NCBI RefSeq assembly: GCF_030815255.1
Contig: NZ_JAUSWN010000001.1
Coordinates: 7,045-39,044 of the forward strand
Length of the DNA: 32,000 nt
Direction of reading: 5' to 3'
Source: Hathewaya limosa
GTDB lineage: Bacteria > Bacillota > Clostridia > Clostridiales > Clostridiaceae
The position numbers were made by a program, and so were the translations under genes. How positions within the stretch are numbered: the first letter of the stretch is position 1; each line of letters starts with the position of its first letter. Shown here one piece after another: positions 16,751 to 25,335 of this stretch. The notes under the pieces are model-generated. The model did no database searches. It was not told the origin of the DNA and saw only the letters and a program-made list of their open reading frames with translations.

Positions 16751-17023
16751 AATAATAAATAATATGGTATAATGTTTGGATAAAAAAATGTGTAATTTAT
16801 ACCAATTTTCTAGAAAGATAGTTTTAGAATTAAAAGGAAGATTTGAATTAATATAGCATGAAAATAAGATGTTATTTGTATTCATAGTAATTATAAACAT
16901 AGTTGTTACATATAATTATTACAAGTCATAAAAATATAACCTTCTATTCATATAACTGGTAAATAAATATCAGTATATATTATGCAAATAATGCATTTAA
17001 TGTCAAAGTGCTATGACCCTTAT

Positions 17024-17052
17024 TTGACGCTAAAGAAGATTTAGGGTATAAT
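17024..17052 (+). promoter_or_regulatory. Near-consensus sigma-A promoter of yabE
   Basis: TTGACG (17024-17029), a spacer of exactly 17 nt and TATAAT (17047-17052), 33 nt upstream of the ATG at 17085. Confidence 0.6.
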
Positions 17053-17084
17053 ACACAAAGACTCTTTGAAGGAGGGAACCAAGT

Positions 17085-18122
17085 ATGAGTATGATGTCAA
17101 AAGGAAAATTAAAACATTACTTTTCCAGCATGCCCAAGACCCTTTTTATATTTGTTTTAGTTGTAACTTGTATGACGATGACGATTTTTTCTTTAAGAAA
17201 AACTATAACTATAACAATAGATGGACAAACTAAAACTATAACGACATTGAGCAGTAATTTGAAAAATATTTTAGACAACAATGGTATAGCCTTAGATAGA
17301 CATGATAAAATTTCTGTTAATGCGAACAGTAAAGTAAAAGATGGAGATAATATAAATATTAAAAGGGCTGTTAATGTAACTGTATCTGTTGATGGTAAAC
17401 AGTTGAATGTAAAATCTCCAGAGGATACTGTAAAAGAGTTACTTGTAGCTCAAAAGATTAAAGTTGAAAAATTAGACAAGTTATCTCTAGATCCTAAGAC
17501 TGCAATTAAAGAAGGGTTAAATGTTAAGATTACCAGAGTAAATGAAAAAATTGAAAAGAAATCAGAACCAATTCGATTTGCAAAAGAGGTTAGAGAAACT
17601 AAAGAGTATGAGACAGGAACTGAAAAAGTAATCCAAAATGGTAAAACTGGAGAAAAACTTATAGCTACTAAGGTAGTATATGAGGATGGAAAAGAAGTTT
17701 CAAGGCATGTAGTTGAAGAGAAAATTTTAAAACAACCTATAAATCAAATATTAGCTGTAGGAACTTTAAACGTGGTTAAGGCTTCTCGTGGTTCAAAAAT
17801 GAGTTATGCTAGAAAACTAAGAGTTAAAGCTACTGCGTATACAGCTGATTTTAATCCACAAGGGGTTAGAGATGACCCTTATGCAGGAAGGACAGCAAGT
17901 GGAACAAAAGCAAGAAGAAATTCAAGTGGATATAGTACCATAGCAGTAGATCCATCAATTATACCTTTAGGAACTAAGGTTTATGTAGAAGGTTATGGCT
18001 TAGCTATTGCTGAGGATACAGGTGGAGCAATAAAAGGGAATAAAATAGATCTTTATATGAATTCTTATTCTGAAGCTACCGATTGGGGTATGCAATATGT
18101 AGATTTATACATTCTAGAATAA
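17085..18122 (+). CDS. yabE: YabE-like cell-wall protein (TM anchor, DUF348 repeats, G5 domain, C-terminal 3D domain; RpfB-like architecture)
   Basis: There is an N-terminal TM helix. The DUF348-like segments are ITITIDGQTKTITT and VTVSVDGKQLNVKS. The G5-like block is VIQNGKTGEKLIATKVVYEDGKEV. The 3D domain is ATAYTADF...GRTASGTKARRN..STIAVDPSIIPLGTKVYVEGYGLAIAEDTGGAIKGNKIDLYM. Confidence 0.88.
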   Translation: MSMMSKGKLKHYFSSMPKTLFIFVLVVTCMTMTIFSLRKTITITIDGQTKTITTLSSNLKNILDNNGIALDRHDKISVNANSKVKDGDNINIKRAVNVTVSVDGKQLNVKSPEDTVKELLVAQKIKVEKLDKLSLDPKTAIKEGLNVKITRVNEKIEKKSEPIRFAKEVRETKEYETGTEKVIQNGKTGEKLIATKVVYEDGKEVSRHVVEEKILKQPINQILAVGTLNVVKASRGSKMSYARKLRVKATAYTADFNPQGVRDDPYAGRTASGTKARRNSSGYSTIAVDPSIIPLGTKVYVEGYGLAIAEDTGGAIKGNKIDLYMNSYSEATDWGMQYVDLYILE

Positions 18123-18140
18123 TATATAAAGAAATACTTA

Positions 18141-18167
18141 AAGGGAGCTAGTAAGCTTCCTTTTTTT
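18141..18167 (+). terminator. Rho-independent terminator after yabE
   Basis: AAGGGAGCT pairs with AGCTTCCTT (one mismatch), followed by seven T. Confidence 0.7.
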
Positions 18168-18241
18168 ATATTTACAATTAAAATTAGTGTATAATTAATA
18201 AGTAGAATAGGAAAATAATCAAAAAGAAAGAAGGAATGCAT

Positions 18242-19918
18242 ATGGAAGATAAATTTACGAATAAAAGAAAAAATCATATTATAGTTATTTTATTTATTAT
18301 AATAATTAGTTCTGTATGTATAAATGAAAAAGTTCATCTAATAAAAACTCCAAAACTAAAAGGAGCAACTATAGAAAAGAATAAACCTACATTTTCTTTA
18401 AGGAGTTATTTAAAGGGATCATATCAAAAAGATCTCGAGGAATGGTATAGTGGTAACTTTTCTTTAAGAAATAATTTTATTAAATTGTATTCAAAATTAA
18501 AATCTAATATATTTGATAAATCTGCATTACCAGGTGCAATAAAAGGTAAAGAAGGAATGCTGTTTGAACCAGATTATGTAGATGAATATTTAGGACTTAG
18601 AAAAACTACTTCTGATAAAGATTTAAAAAAATTAGTATATAATATAGATGAAATAAGAAGAATGTGTAATAAATCTGGAAAAGAATTTTATCTGATAATA
18701 ACTCCAAGTAAGGCTCATTTTTATCATGAATATTTACCAGAAAGGGCAGTGAGAGAAGGAACGTTACATAAAGACAGACAAGGAAAAAGTAGAGATTATT
18801 ATAGGTTTTTAAACATTTTAAACGATACAGATATTAAATACTTTGATAGTGTTAAGTATATAGAAGATAACAAGAAATTATTTAATACGCCTTTATATTC
18901 AAAATATGGAACTCATTGGACATTTGTGACAGCAGCGAAGGTAGTAAATGGATTTGTAGATTATGTTAATAAAACCTCAAAGTTAGATTTAACTAATATA
19001 TATGTAGATGATATATTAGAAAGTAATAAATCTTTTAATGAAGAAGATGTAGATATACAATCTGTTTTAAATTTTAAAAGTAAGGAAAAGTATAAATTTC
19101 AATCTCCTATAGTCAAATCGGAGAAAAAAGATACACGAAATATGCCTAATATATTTATTGAAGGTGGAAGTTTCAATTGGCAACTTATTAAATATTTAAG
19201 AATGAATAGAGTTGTTAATGAAATGGACTTCATGTTCTATAAAAAGTTTGTAAGAAGATATAAATTTCAACAAATGGTTAATGAGCAGGTTGCAATAGAT
19301 AAAAATAATAAGGAGTTAAGTAATGCATATTTAGATAGATATTTACCTAATAAGGATATGATTATTCTTGAAGTTAATCAAACGGCTCTTAATAATATGG
19401 GAGAAGGATTTATTGAAATTTTTAAAGATTATCTAAATACAAAGGGATTTCCTAAGTATGAATATATTAAAAATTTTGAGTCCGCTAGTACACCAGAAGA
19501 TTTAACTTACAAAAGTACAGGATTTTTCACAGTAAATAAAGATGAAAATGGATATTATAATTGGATGTCTGATGAAGGGATTGTACAATTAAAAAACAGG
19601 CAAATAGAAGATAGTGGAATTAGCATTAAGACCTATATTCCTTTAGACTATTTAAAGAAATCTTCTAATAATCCTCAATTAGATATTTATGTTAATGGAA
19701 AGTTGGTTTGTAAAGTTCCTATAAATAAGTCAGGAATTTATAATATAAATATTCCTAAGAATAAATTTAATATATCAAAAGATCATTTGTATAAGGTTGA
19801 TTTAAAAATGAATTCTGCTTTTAGATTTTGTGATGTTGATAACTCGCAGAATGAAGTTAATAAAAATAATAATCGTTGGTTTTCTATGAAAGTATATTAT
19901 ATAGGGGAAGGAAGATAG
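18242..19918 (+). CDS. Extracytoplasmic AlgX/AlgJ-like (DHHW-type, SGNH-like) putative O-acetyltransferase partner of the adjacent MBOAT protein, with a C-terminal beta-rich (CBM-like) extension
   Basis: There is an N-terminal signal-anchor (IIVILFIIIISSV). A THW motif (YGTHWT, codons 18908-18919) lies where AlgJ/AlgX/DHHW proteins carry D-x-H-W. A GGSF motif (19163-19174) lies where they carry G-D-S-F. The gene is translationally coupled to the downstream MBOAT gene. I prefer the ATG at 18242 over 18236 because the RBS AAGGAA overlaps the first ATG. Confidence 0.6.
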   Translation: MEDKFTNKRKNHIIVILFIIIISSVCINEKVHLIKTPKLKGATIEKNKPTFSLRSYLKGSYQKDLEEWYSGNFSLRNNFIKLYSKLKSNIFDKSALPGAIKGKEGMLFEPDYVDEYLGLRKTTSDKDLKKLVYNIDEIRRMCNKSGKEFYLIITPSKAHFYHEYLPERAVREGTLHKDRQGKSRDYYRFLNILNDTDIKYFDSVKYIEDNKKLFNTPLYSKYGTHWTFVTAAKVVNGFVDYVNKTSKLDLTNIYVDDILESNKSFNEEDVDIQSVLNFKSKEKYKFQSPIVKSEKKDTRNMPNIFIEGGSFNWQLIKYLRMNRVVNEMDFMFYKKFVRRYKFQQMVNEQVAIDKNNKELSNAYLDRYLPNKDMIILEVNQTALNNMGEGFIEIFKDYLNTKGFPKYEYIKNFESASTPEDLTYKSTGFFTVNKDENGYYNWMSDEGIVQLKNRQIEDSGISIKTYIPLDYLKKSSNNPQLDIYVNGKLVCKVPINKSGIYNINIPKNKFNISKDHLYKVDLKMNSAFRFCDVDNSQNEVNKNNNRWFSMKVYYIGEGR

Positions 19919-19927
19919 GGAGGAAGT

Positions 19928-21367
19928 ATGGTATTTAGTTCACCGATATTTTTATTCATATTTTTACCATTGATGTTAATCATTTATTTTTTTTCGGATA
20001 AAAAGTTTAAAAATTTCGTTTTACTCCTTGGTTCTTTAATATTTTATTCTTGGGGTGGTGCGAAATATCTTATTTTAATGCTTTTTTCTATTATAGTAAA
20101 TTATTTAATTGGTATTTTAATAGGAAAATATAAGAAAAATAATAATATAAAAAAATGTATACTTATATTAGGTGTATTATTTAATCTAAGCATATTAGGG
20201 TATTTTAAATATTTTAATTTTTTTATTCATAATGTTGAACATATAGGGAAAATATTCAATAATAATTTCAGTATTATGAATAACAAAATAGTATTACCTA
20301 TAGGAATTTCATTTTTTACATTCCAGATGATGTCTTATATAATTGATGTTTATAGGGAAGAGGTAACACCACAAAAAAGTATTATAAACCTTGGATTATA
20401 TATTATGCTATTCCCACAACTTATTGCAGGACCAATAGTTAGATATATAGATATAGAAGAACAAATTAATACTAGAAAAGTAAATCTATATAAATTTACA
20501 CATGGAATGGAAAGATTTATAATAGGCCTTTCAAAAAAAGTATTAATAGCAAATTCCAATGGTTTTATAGTAGATTATGTTTTTAAAGAGCCTTCTTTTT
20601 ATAGTAATACAGTATTGGTTTGGTTAGGGATAGTTTGTTATGCATTACAAATATACTATGATTTTTCAGGATATTCGGATATGGCAATAGGTCTCGGAAA
20701 AATGTTTGGTTTTGATTTTTTAGAGAATTTTAATTATCCATATATCTCTAAGAGTATAAAAGAATTTTGGAGAAGGTGGCATATTTCATTATCTACTTGG
20801 TTTAGAGATTATTTATATATTCCCTTAGGTGGAAGTAAAGTGGGGAAATTTAAAACTTATAGAAATTTAGTAATTGTATTTTTTGCTACAGGATTATGGC
20901 ACGGTGCTAGTTGGAATTTTATTATTTGGGGATTATTTCATGGAATGTTCCTTATTTTAGAGAGAGGAAAGTTTGGAGAATTATTGCAGAAAGTACCTAC
21001 TATACTACAAAGAATTTACACTATGCTTGTTGTTTTAGTCGGATGGGTATTTTTTAGGGCGAATAATTTTAAATTAGCATTAAAGTATATTAAGGGAATG
21101 TTTAAGGTTGATTTTACGAAAGTTAATCAAATATATGGGGTTATAGATAAAGAGTATATGTTTTTTATAATAATAGGAATAATATTTTCTACACCTTTAA
21201 TTAAAAAATTAAATTCCTTATTTAATAGTAAGATTAAGACTGAGAATAATTTAATTATAGTTATAACAGAAGGTATGTGGATAGCTATATTAATGAGTAT
21301 GTTTATTATTTCTATATTATACATAACAGGGTCAAACTTTAATCCATTTATATATTTTAGATTTTAG
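19928..21367 (+). CDS. MBOAT-family membrane-bound O-acyltransferase (AlgI/PatA/DltB-like)
   Basis: The 479-aa protein is polytopic. MBOAT signature blocks are present: FWRRWHISLSTWFRDYLYIPLGGS and GLWHGASWNFIIWGLFHG (conserved His). The RBS GGGAGGAAG overlaps the stop of the upstream gene. Confidence 0.92.
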   Translation: MVFSSPIFLFIFLPLMLIIYFFSDKKFKNFVLLLGSLIFYSWGGAKYLILMLFSIIVNYLIGILIGKYKKNNNIKKCILILGVLFNLSILGYFKYFNFFIHNVEHIGKIFNNNFSIMNNKIVLPIGISFFTFQMMSYIIDVYREEVTPQKSIINLGLYIMLFPQLIAGPIVRYIDIEEQINTRKVNLYKFTHGMERFIIGLSKKVLIANSNGFIVDYVFKEPSFYSNTVLVWLGIVCYALQIYYDFSGYSDMAIGLGKMFGFDFLENFNYPYISKSIKEFWRRWHISLSTWFRDYLYIPLGGSKVGKFKTYRNLVIVFFATGLWHGASWNFIIWGLFHGMFLILERGKFGELLQKVPTILQRIYTMLVVLVGWVFFRANNFKLALKYIKGMFKVDFTKVNQIYGVIDKEYMFFIIIGIIFSTPLIKKLNSLFNSKIKTENNLIIVITEGMWIAILMSMFIISILYITGSNFNPFIYFRF

Positions 21368-21453
21368 GCAAATATTATTAGATTTTATTTTATTTCTTAT
21401 TATAGTATAATTAAATAGTTTAATATTGAATAATAAACTTTGGAGGAAACTAA

Positions 21454-21996
21454 ATGATAAAAGAAGTTATTGTGGTTGAAGGCAGAGATGATATTACTGC
21501 TGTAAAAAAAGCAGTTGATGCTGAAATAATAGCCGTTGGTGGTTTTGGAATAAATAGAAAAGTAATAGAAAAAATAAAAGAAGCTCAAAAAAGATGTGGT
21601 GTTATTATTTTGACAGATCCTGATTTTGCAGGAGAAAAAATTAGAAAGATAATTTCTAAAAGAGTACCTAATGTTAAACATGCCTATATTGGAAGAGATG
21701 AAGGTACTAAAGATGGGGATATCGGAGTAGAAAATGCATGTCCAGAGGCTATTCTAAGAGCTCTTAAAAACACTAAATTTGAGGTTACCGAAAAAAGAGA
21801 ATTCTTTAATATAGAAGACATGATTTTTTGGGGGCTTACAGGAAAAGATGATTCTAAGAATAGAAGAGAGCTTTTAGGTAAGAAATTAGGAATTGGATAT
21901 GGAAATACAAATCAAATGATTACAAGATTAAATAATTATGGTATTAGTAGAGATGAATTTGTAGAAGCTATGAATAAAATAGAGAGTGAAATTTAA
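21454..21996 (+). CDS. rnmV: Ribonuclease M5 (Toprim domain, 5S rRNA maturation)
   Basis: The ORF is 180 aa. The Toprim blocks are VIVVEGRDDITAVKKA and VIILTDPDFAGEKIR. It occupies the conserved position upstream of rsmA/ksgA. Confidence 0.92.
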   Translation: MIKEVIVVEGRDDITAVKKAVDAEIIAVGGFGINRKVIEKIKEAQKRCGVIILTDPDFAGEKIRKIISKRVPNVKHAYIGRDEGTKDGDIGVENACPEAILRALKNTKFEVTEKREFFNIEDMIFWGLTGKDDSKNRRELLGKKLGIGYGNTNQMITRLNNYGISRDEFVEAMNKIESEI

Positions 21997-22014
21997 TTTA
22001 AAAGGAGATTACAT

Positions 22015-22851
22015 ATGGAAAAGTTAACTACTAGAGAAGTTGTTGAGAGACACGGGTTTAAATTTGCAAAGAGTTTGGGACAAAACTTTTTAGTAGATGA
22101 AAGTGTATTATTAGATATATTAGATTCAGCTGAAGTAACTAAAGAGGATTATGCAATAGAAATAGGTCCAGGAGTAGGGACTCTAACTAGAGAATTATTA
22201 AAAAGAGCTAAGGGAGTTACAGCTATTGAATTAGATACTAGATTAATTCCTATATTAGAAGAGGAATTAGCTTCTTTTGATAATTTTACCTTAATAAATA
22301 AGGATGCACTTAAAGTAGATTTTAATGAAATAATAGGGGAAGAAAATTCTATAAAGATAGTTGCAAACCTACCTTATTATGTTACAACTCCCATAATATC
22401 TAATTTACTTACAGGTGGTTACAATTTTAAATCTCTTACTATTATGATTCAAAAAGAAGTTGCAGAGAGAATGGATGCAGAACCAAGTACTAAAGAGTAT
22501 GGTGCATTATCTATTTTAGCTCAATATTATTGTAATACTAAAATAATAAGAAGGGTATCTCCTAATTGTTTTGTACCTAGACCAAAGGTAGAATCTATAG
22601 TAATAAAGTTAGAAAAATTAGAAGAACCAAGAGTGAAAACAGATGATGAAAAATTATTTTTCTCATTAGTTAGAGCGTCGTTTAATATGAGAAGAAAGAC
22701 ATTATGGAATGCCACTAAAACCCTAGGTTTCGATAAGGAAGTTATGGAAAGAATTTTTGAAGAAAGTGGAATTGATCAAAAAAGAAGAGGAGAAACTTTA
22801 AGCTTAGAGGAATTTGCTAAACTTGCTAATACTATGGCTAAATTCAAATAA
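22015..22851 (+). CDS. rsmA: 16S rRNA (adenine1518-N6/adenine1519-N6)-dimethyltransferase
   Basis: The ORF is 278 aa. Motifs present are the GQNFL box, the SAM-binding [20 protein letters not shown] and RRKTL. Confidence 0.95.
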   Translation: MEKLTTREVVERHGFKFAKSLGQNFLVDESVLLDILDSAEVTKEDYAIEIGPGVGTLTRELLKRAKGVTAIELDTRLIPILEEELASFDNFTLINKDALKVDFNEIIGEENSIKIVANLPYYVTTPIISNLLTGGYNFKSLTIMIQKEVAERMDAEPSTKEYGALSILAQYYCNTKIIRRVSPNCFVPRPKVESIVIKLEKLEEPRVKTDDEKLFFSLVRASFNMRRKTLWNATKTLGFDKEVMERIFEESGIDQKRRGETLSLEEFAKLANTMAKFK

Positions 22852-22927
22852 ATTTACATAAATAGGTTCACTTTTCAGAAGTTCATTCATATATTATAAA
22901 GAATAAGTTGTATATGGAGGGACCAAA

Positions 22928-24355
22928 GTGGCTTCTAAGAAAAGTTATTCAAGATACTTTATAATATTACAGGAAGATGAAAAGGGGTACGCATTAGATA
23001 GAGATAAGAGTTCTTCTGGTTATGTGAAACTTGAAAAGAAAAATAATAAATGTAAAGTTTCTTTTTATGCCCAAAATATAAATCCAGGTATGGAACCATA
23101 TTATATGGTCTTAGTTTGCAAAGAAAAAAGCGTTAAAAAGCTATTAGTGCTTGGTAAACTAAGTATAAGTGAGCAAGGAAAAATTGACATGAGCTGTGAA
23201 TATGATGTAGATAACATTGCTGGTACTAAAATGTCAATGCAACATATAATAGGAGCAACTGTAAGTAAAGTTATTGAAAAGGACATAGTTTCATTAATGA
23301 GTGGTTTTATGGGTTCAGATATGCCTAAGGATTGGAAAAAATATGAACTTGTAAAAGTTACTAGGGAAGATGAAGTTGCAGAAAAAGAAGAAACTAAAAA
23401 TGTGGAACCAGATAAAACTAGAGAAGATCCTAAAATTGAACAAGAAGAAAAAGTGGAAGAACCAAAAAAACAGGAGTCTCCTAGAGGAACATTTGACGAG
23501 TATGAAAAGAAGATAGAGGAAAATGTAAAGGAAGAAGAAATACAAAGTTTACCTGAAGAAGAAGTAAGAAGTGAATCAGAATCAAATGATAGTACTAATC
23601 AGGATAAAAGTAAGGAAAATGAGATTTTATCTGAAGAGTCAACAGAGAAAGAAAATACAGAAATAGAAGAAGTATTAAATAGAGAAGAAACAGAAGAAAT
23701 ATTAGATAAAGAAGAAAGTCTAGAAAGATCACAAGAAGTTATAGGTGAAAAGGCAGAATCAGAAGACAATATAATTGATGAGGATGATGAATTTTGTAAT
23801 AGATATCTAGAAGAATTTATGGAAGAACCACAAATGGATTTTAGATATGATGAGAATTCAGAATATCATTCCTTTGAAGATATGTTACGCAAAAAGAAAA
23901 AATGTTGTTGTAAAAAATGTACTCATGAAGATATGCCAATAGGTAGACTAGGAGCTTATTTTAAAGGATTGATTTCTTGTTTTGACGAGATACAGGATAT
24001 GGGTGAAGAAATACCAATGTGTAAATGGTATAAGATACCTGTGGAAAAATTAGAAGATATGTATGATTGTTCGGATTTTGATAGATATACAATTATATAT
24101 TATCCTATGATTTGCTATTACTCCTATATAAGTAAACATAAACATTATTGTATAGGTTATAAATGTAACAAAGAAGGAAAACTACTATATATCCTTTATG
24201 CTATACCAGGTGGAAAGGATAGAATGTGTCAACCTTATGGTGGAAGAACAGGATTTGTAACTTGGATACCATATAAATGTCAAGAAAGTGGATATTGGTT
24301 AATGTTCTATGATTTTAGAAAATCAAGTGTAGTAGTGCCTATTAGAAAAAAATAA
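22928..24355 (+). CDS. Uncharacterised tripartite protein: ~135-aa N-terminal domain, ~170-aa Glu/Lys-rich acidic linker, ~180-aa Cys/Tyr-rich C-terminal domain
   Basis: The start is GTG, 5 nt after GGAGGGA. There is no signal peptide or TM segment. The linker (approx. 23340-23830) is low-complexity E/K/S. The C-terminal part begins KKKKCCCKKCTHEDMP and contains many Cys and aromatic residues (YYPMICYYSYISKHKHYCIGYKCNKEG...GYWLMFYDF). I recognise no family. Confidence 0.7.
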   Translation: MASKKSYSRYFIILQEDEKGYALDRDKSSSGYVKLEKKNNKCKVSFYAQNINPGMEPYYMVLVCKEKSVKKLLVLGKLSISEQGKIDMSCEYDVDNIAGTKMSMQHIIGATVSKVIEKDIVSLMSGFMGSDMPKDWKKYELVKVTREDEVAEKEETKNVEPDKTREDPKIEQEEKVEEPKKQESPRGTFDEYEKKIEENVKEEEIQSLPEEEVRSESESNDSTNQDKSKENEILSEESTEKENTEIEEVLNREETEEILDKEESLERSQEVIGEKAESEDNIIDEDDEFCNRYLEEFMEEPQMDFRYDENSEYHSFEDMLRKKKKCCCKKCTHEDMPIGRLGAYFKGLISCFDEIQDMGEEIPMCKWYKIPVEKLEDMYDCSDFDRYTIIYYPMICYYSYISKHKHYCIGYKCNKEGKLLYILYAIPGGKDRMCQPYGGRTGFVTWIPYKCQESGYWLMFYDFRKSSVVVPIRKK

Positions 24356-24366
24356 ATAATTACTAT

Positions 24367-24424
24367 AAAACGCTTTGTAAGAAATGATGTTATATTTATT
24401 TCTTAACAAGGTGTTTTATTTTTA
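24367..24424 (+). terminator. Imperfect long hairpin terminator after the 475-aa ORF
   Basis: AAAACGCTTTGTAAGAAAT pairs imperfectly with ATTTCTTAACAAGGTGTTTT, followed by a T-rich tract. Confidence 0.55.
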
Positions 24425-24490
24425 GTAATAAATTTATTAAAAGTCTCATATGTTTTACTATATCTAAAAAATGAAATTGGAGGGATACAT

Positions 24491-25081
24491 ATGAGGGATA
24501 AAGTGGAGAATAAAAAAGTTGTTGTAAATATTATTGTGCTGATAGTTTTAATGATGGTTTTAACAATTGGAGAATTAAAGTTAAATAGTAAACTAAAATT
24601 AACCGCTTTTTCTGAAAATAATATAAATGAGCTAAAGCAATATAAAAATCCTAATGGAAAATTAAGCTATTTCTTACCTAAAAATTGGGTTACGAATGAA
24701 GAAAAATTTAATGGTGGAGAAATAACATATCATAATGAATTTAAGTCTCCCGATAAAAAAATCTATGGATATGTACAACTGTGGAATAAGAAATCAGATT
24801 TAAAAGATTTTCTTTATAGTAGTAAAGAAATTTCATCAAAACAAAATGTTATTAATAATTATAAATTAGAAAAGTTTATTTTTAATAATAAAAAGGCCTA
24901 TAAGCTTATATACGATATGCAAATATCAGGGACTAATACTTTTAGGGTAGAAGAGTATTTTATAGACATTGGGGATCAATTTGTTAGGATATCTTTTTCA
25001 GTAAATAAGCAAAATTATAGGGAGCAAATGGGAAGAGTATTTAAAACAATAGTTGATACTATTAAAGTTAATAAAAAATAA
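24491..25081 (+). CDS. Membrane-anchored extracytoplasmic protein of unknown function
   Basis: The ORF is 196 aa with RBS GGAGGGA and one N-terminal TM helix (VVVNIIVLIVLMMVLTIG). The soluble domain that follows begins with a YFLPKNW motif reminiscent of PsbP/DcrB-like folds. That is resemblance only. Confidence 0.65.
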   Translation: MRDKVENKKVVVNIIVLIVLMMVLTIGELKLNSKLKLTAFSENNINELKQYKNPNGKLSYFLPKNWVTNEEKFNGGEITYHNEFKSPDKKIYGYVQLWNKKSDLKDFLYSSKEISSKQNVINNYKLEKFIFNNKKAYKLIYDMQISGTNTFRVEEYFIDIGDQFVRISFSVNKQNYREQMGRVFKTIVDTIKVNKK

Positions 25082-25256
25082 TTAATTCTAAACAAGGTTA
25101 TAAGTTTGAACATTTAATTAAAATTAATTAGAAAAACTTATATATTAAAGGATTTTAAGTAAAAGTGTAGAATTTTTAATATTGGAGTAGAATGTAGGGA
25201 AGGAGGATCTAATTAATTCTATATCTTTAATATTAATGTTTAGTATCTTTTAATAT

Positions 25257-25275
25257 TTAATCCCTTTACGCTTAA
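25257..25275 (+). promoter_or_regulatory. Conserved 19-nt box upstream of autolysin paralog 1
   Basis: TTAATCCCTTTACGCTTAA ends 60 nt before the ATG at 25336. It is 18/19 identical to the box at 28721-28739 upstream of paralog 2, although the surrounding intergenic DNA is poorly alignable. Confidence 0.55.
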
Positions 25276-25335
25276 TCGTAATCAATCTTATTACAACAAA
25301 AGAAAATAGATGATGATAAAGAGGGGTTTGATAAA

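Noticed and set aside
16751-17084. c-di-AMP (ydaO/kimA-type) riboswitch, which often precedes wall-hydrolase genes; also considered for 25082-25335 and 28635-28793
   Set aside because: As I recall the motif, it needs GC-rich conserved segments (GGGGA.../...CCCG and ACGGGG-like elements) and about 130 nt of structured RNA. These intervals are almost purely A/T. The ACGCTTAATC string at 25268-25277 is only a superficial resemblance. A cmscan would settle it.
18242-21367. dlt (D-alanylation of teichoic acid) operon, because the MBOAT resembles DltB and the partner could be DltD
   Set aside because: There is no dltA (ligase), dltC (carrier protein) or dltX in or next to the pair. The partner also carries THW/GGSF motifs of the AlgJ/AlgX/DHHW type rather than a DltD pattern.
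16637-23545. Remaining short - strand ORFs (16637-16900, 18065-18277, 20350-20559, 21127-21324, 21400-21681, 22527-22715, 23101-23286, 23315-23545)
   Set aside because: All overlap well-supported + strand genes or their junctions. All translate to I/F/L/N/K-rich low-complexity peptides, as expected on the antisense strand of AT-rich coding DNA.
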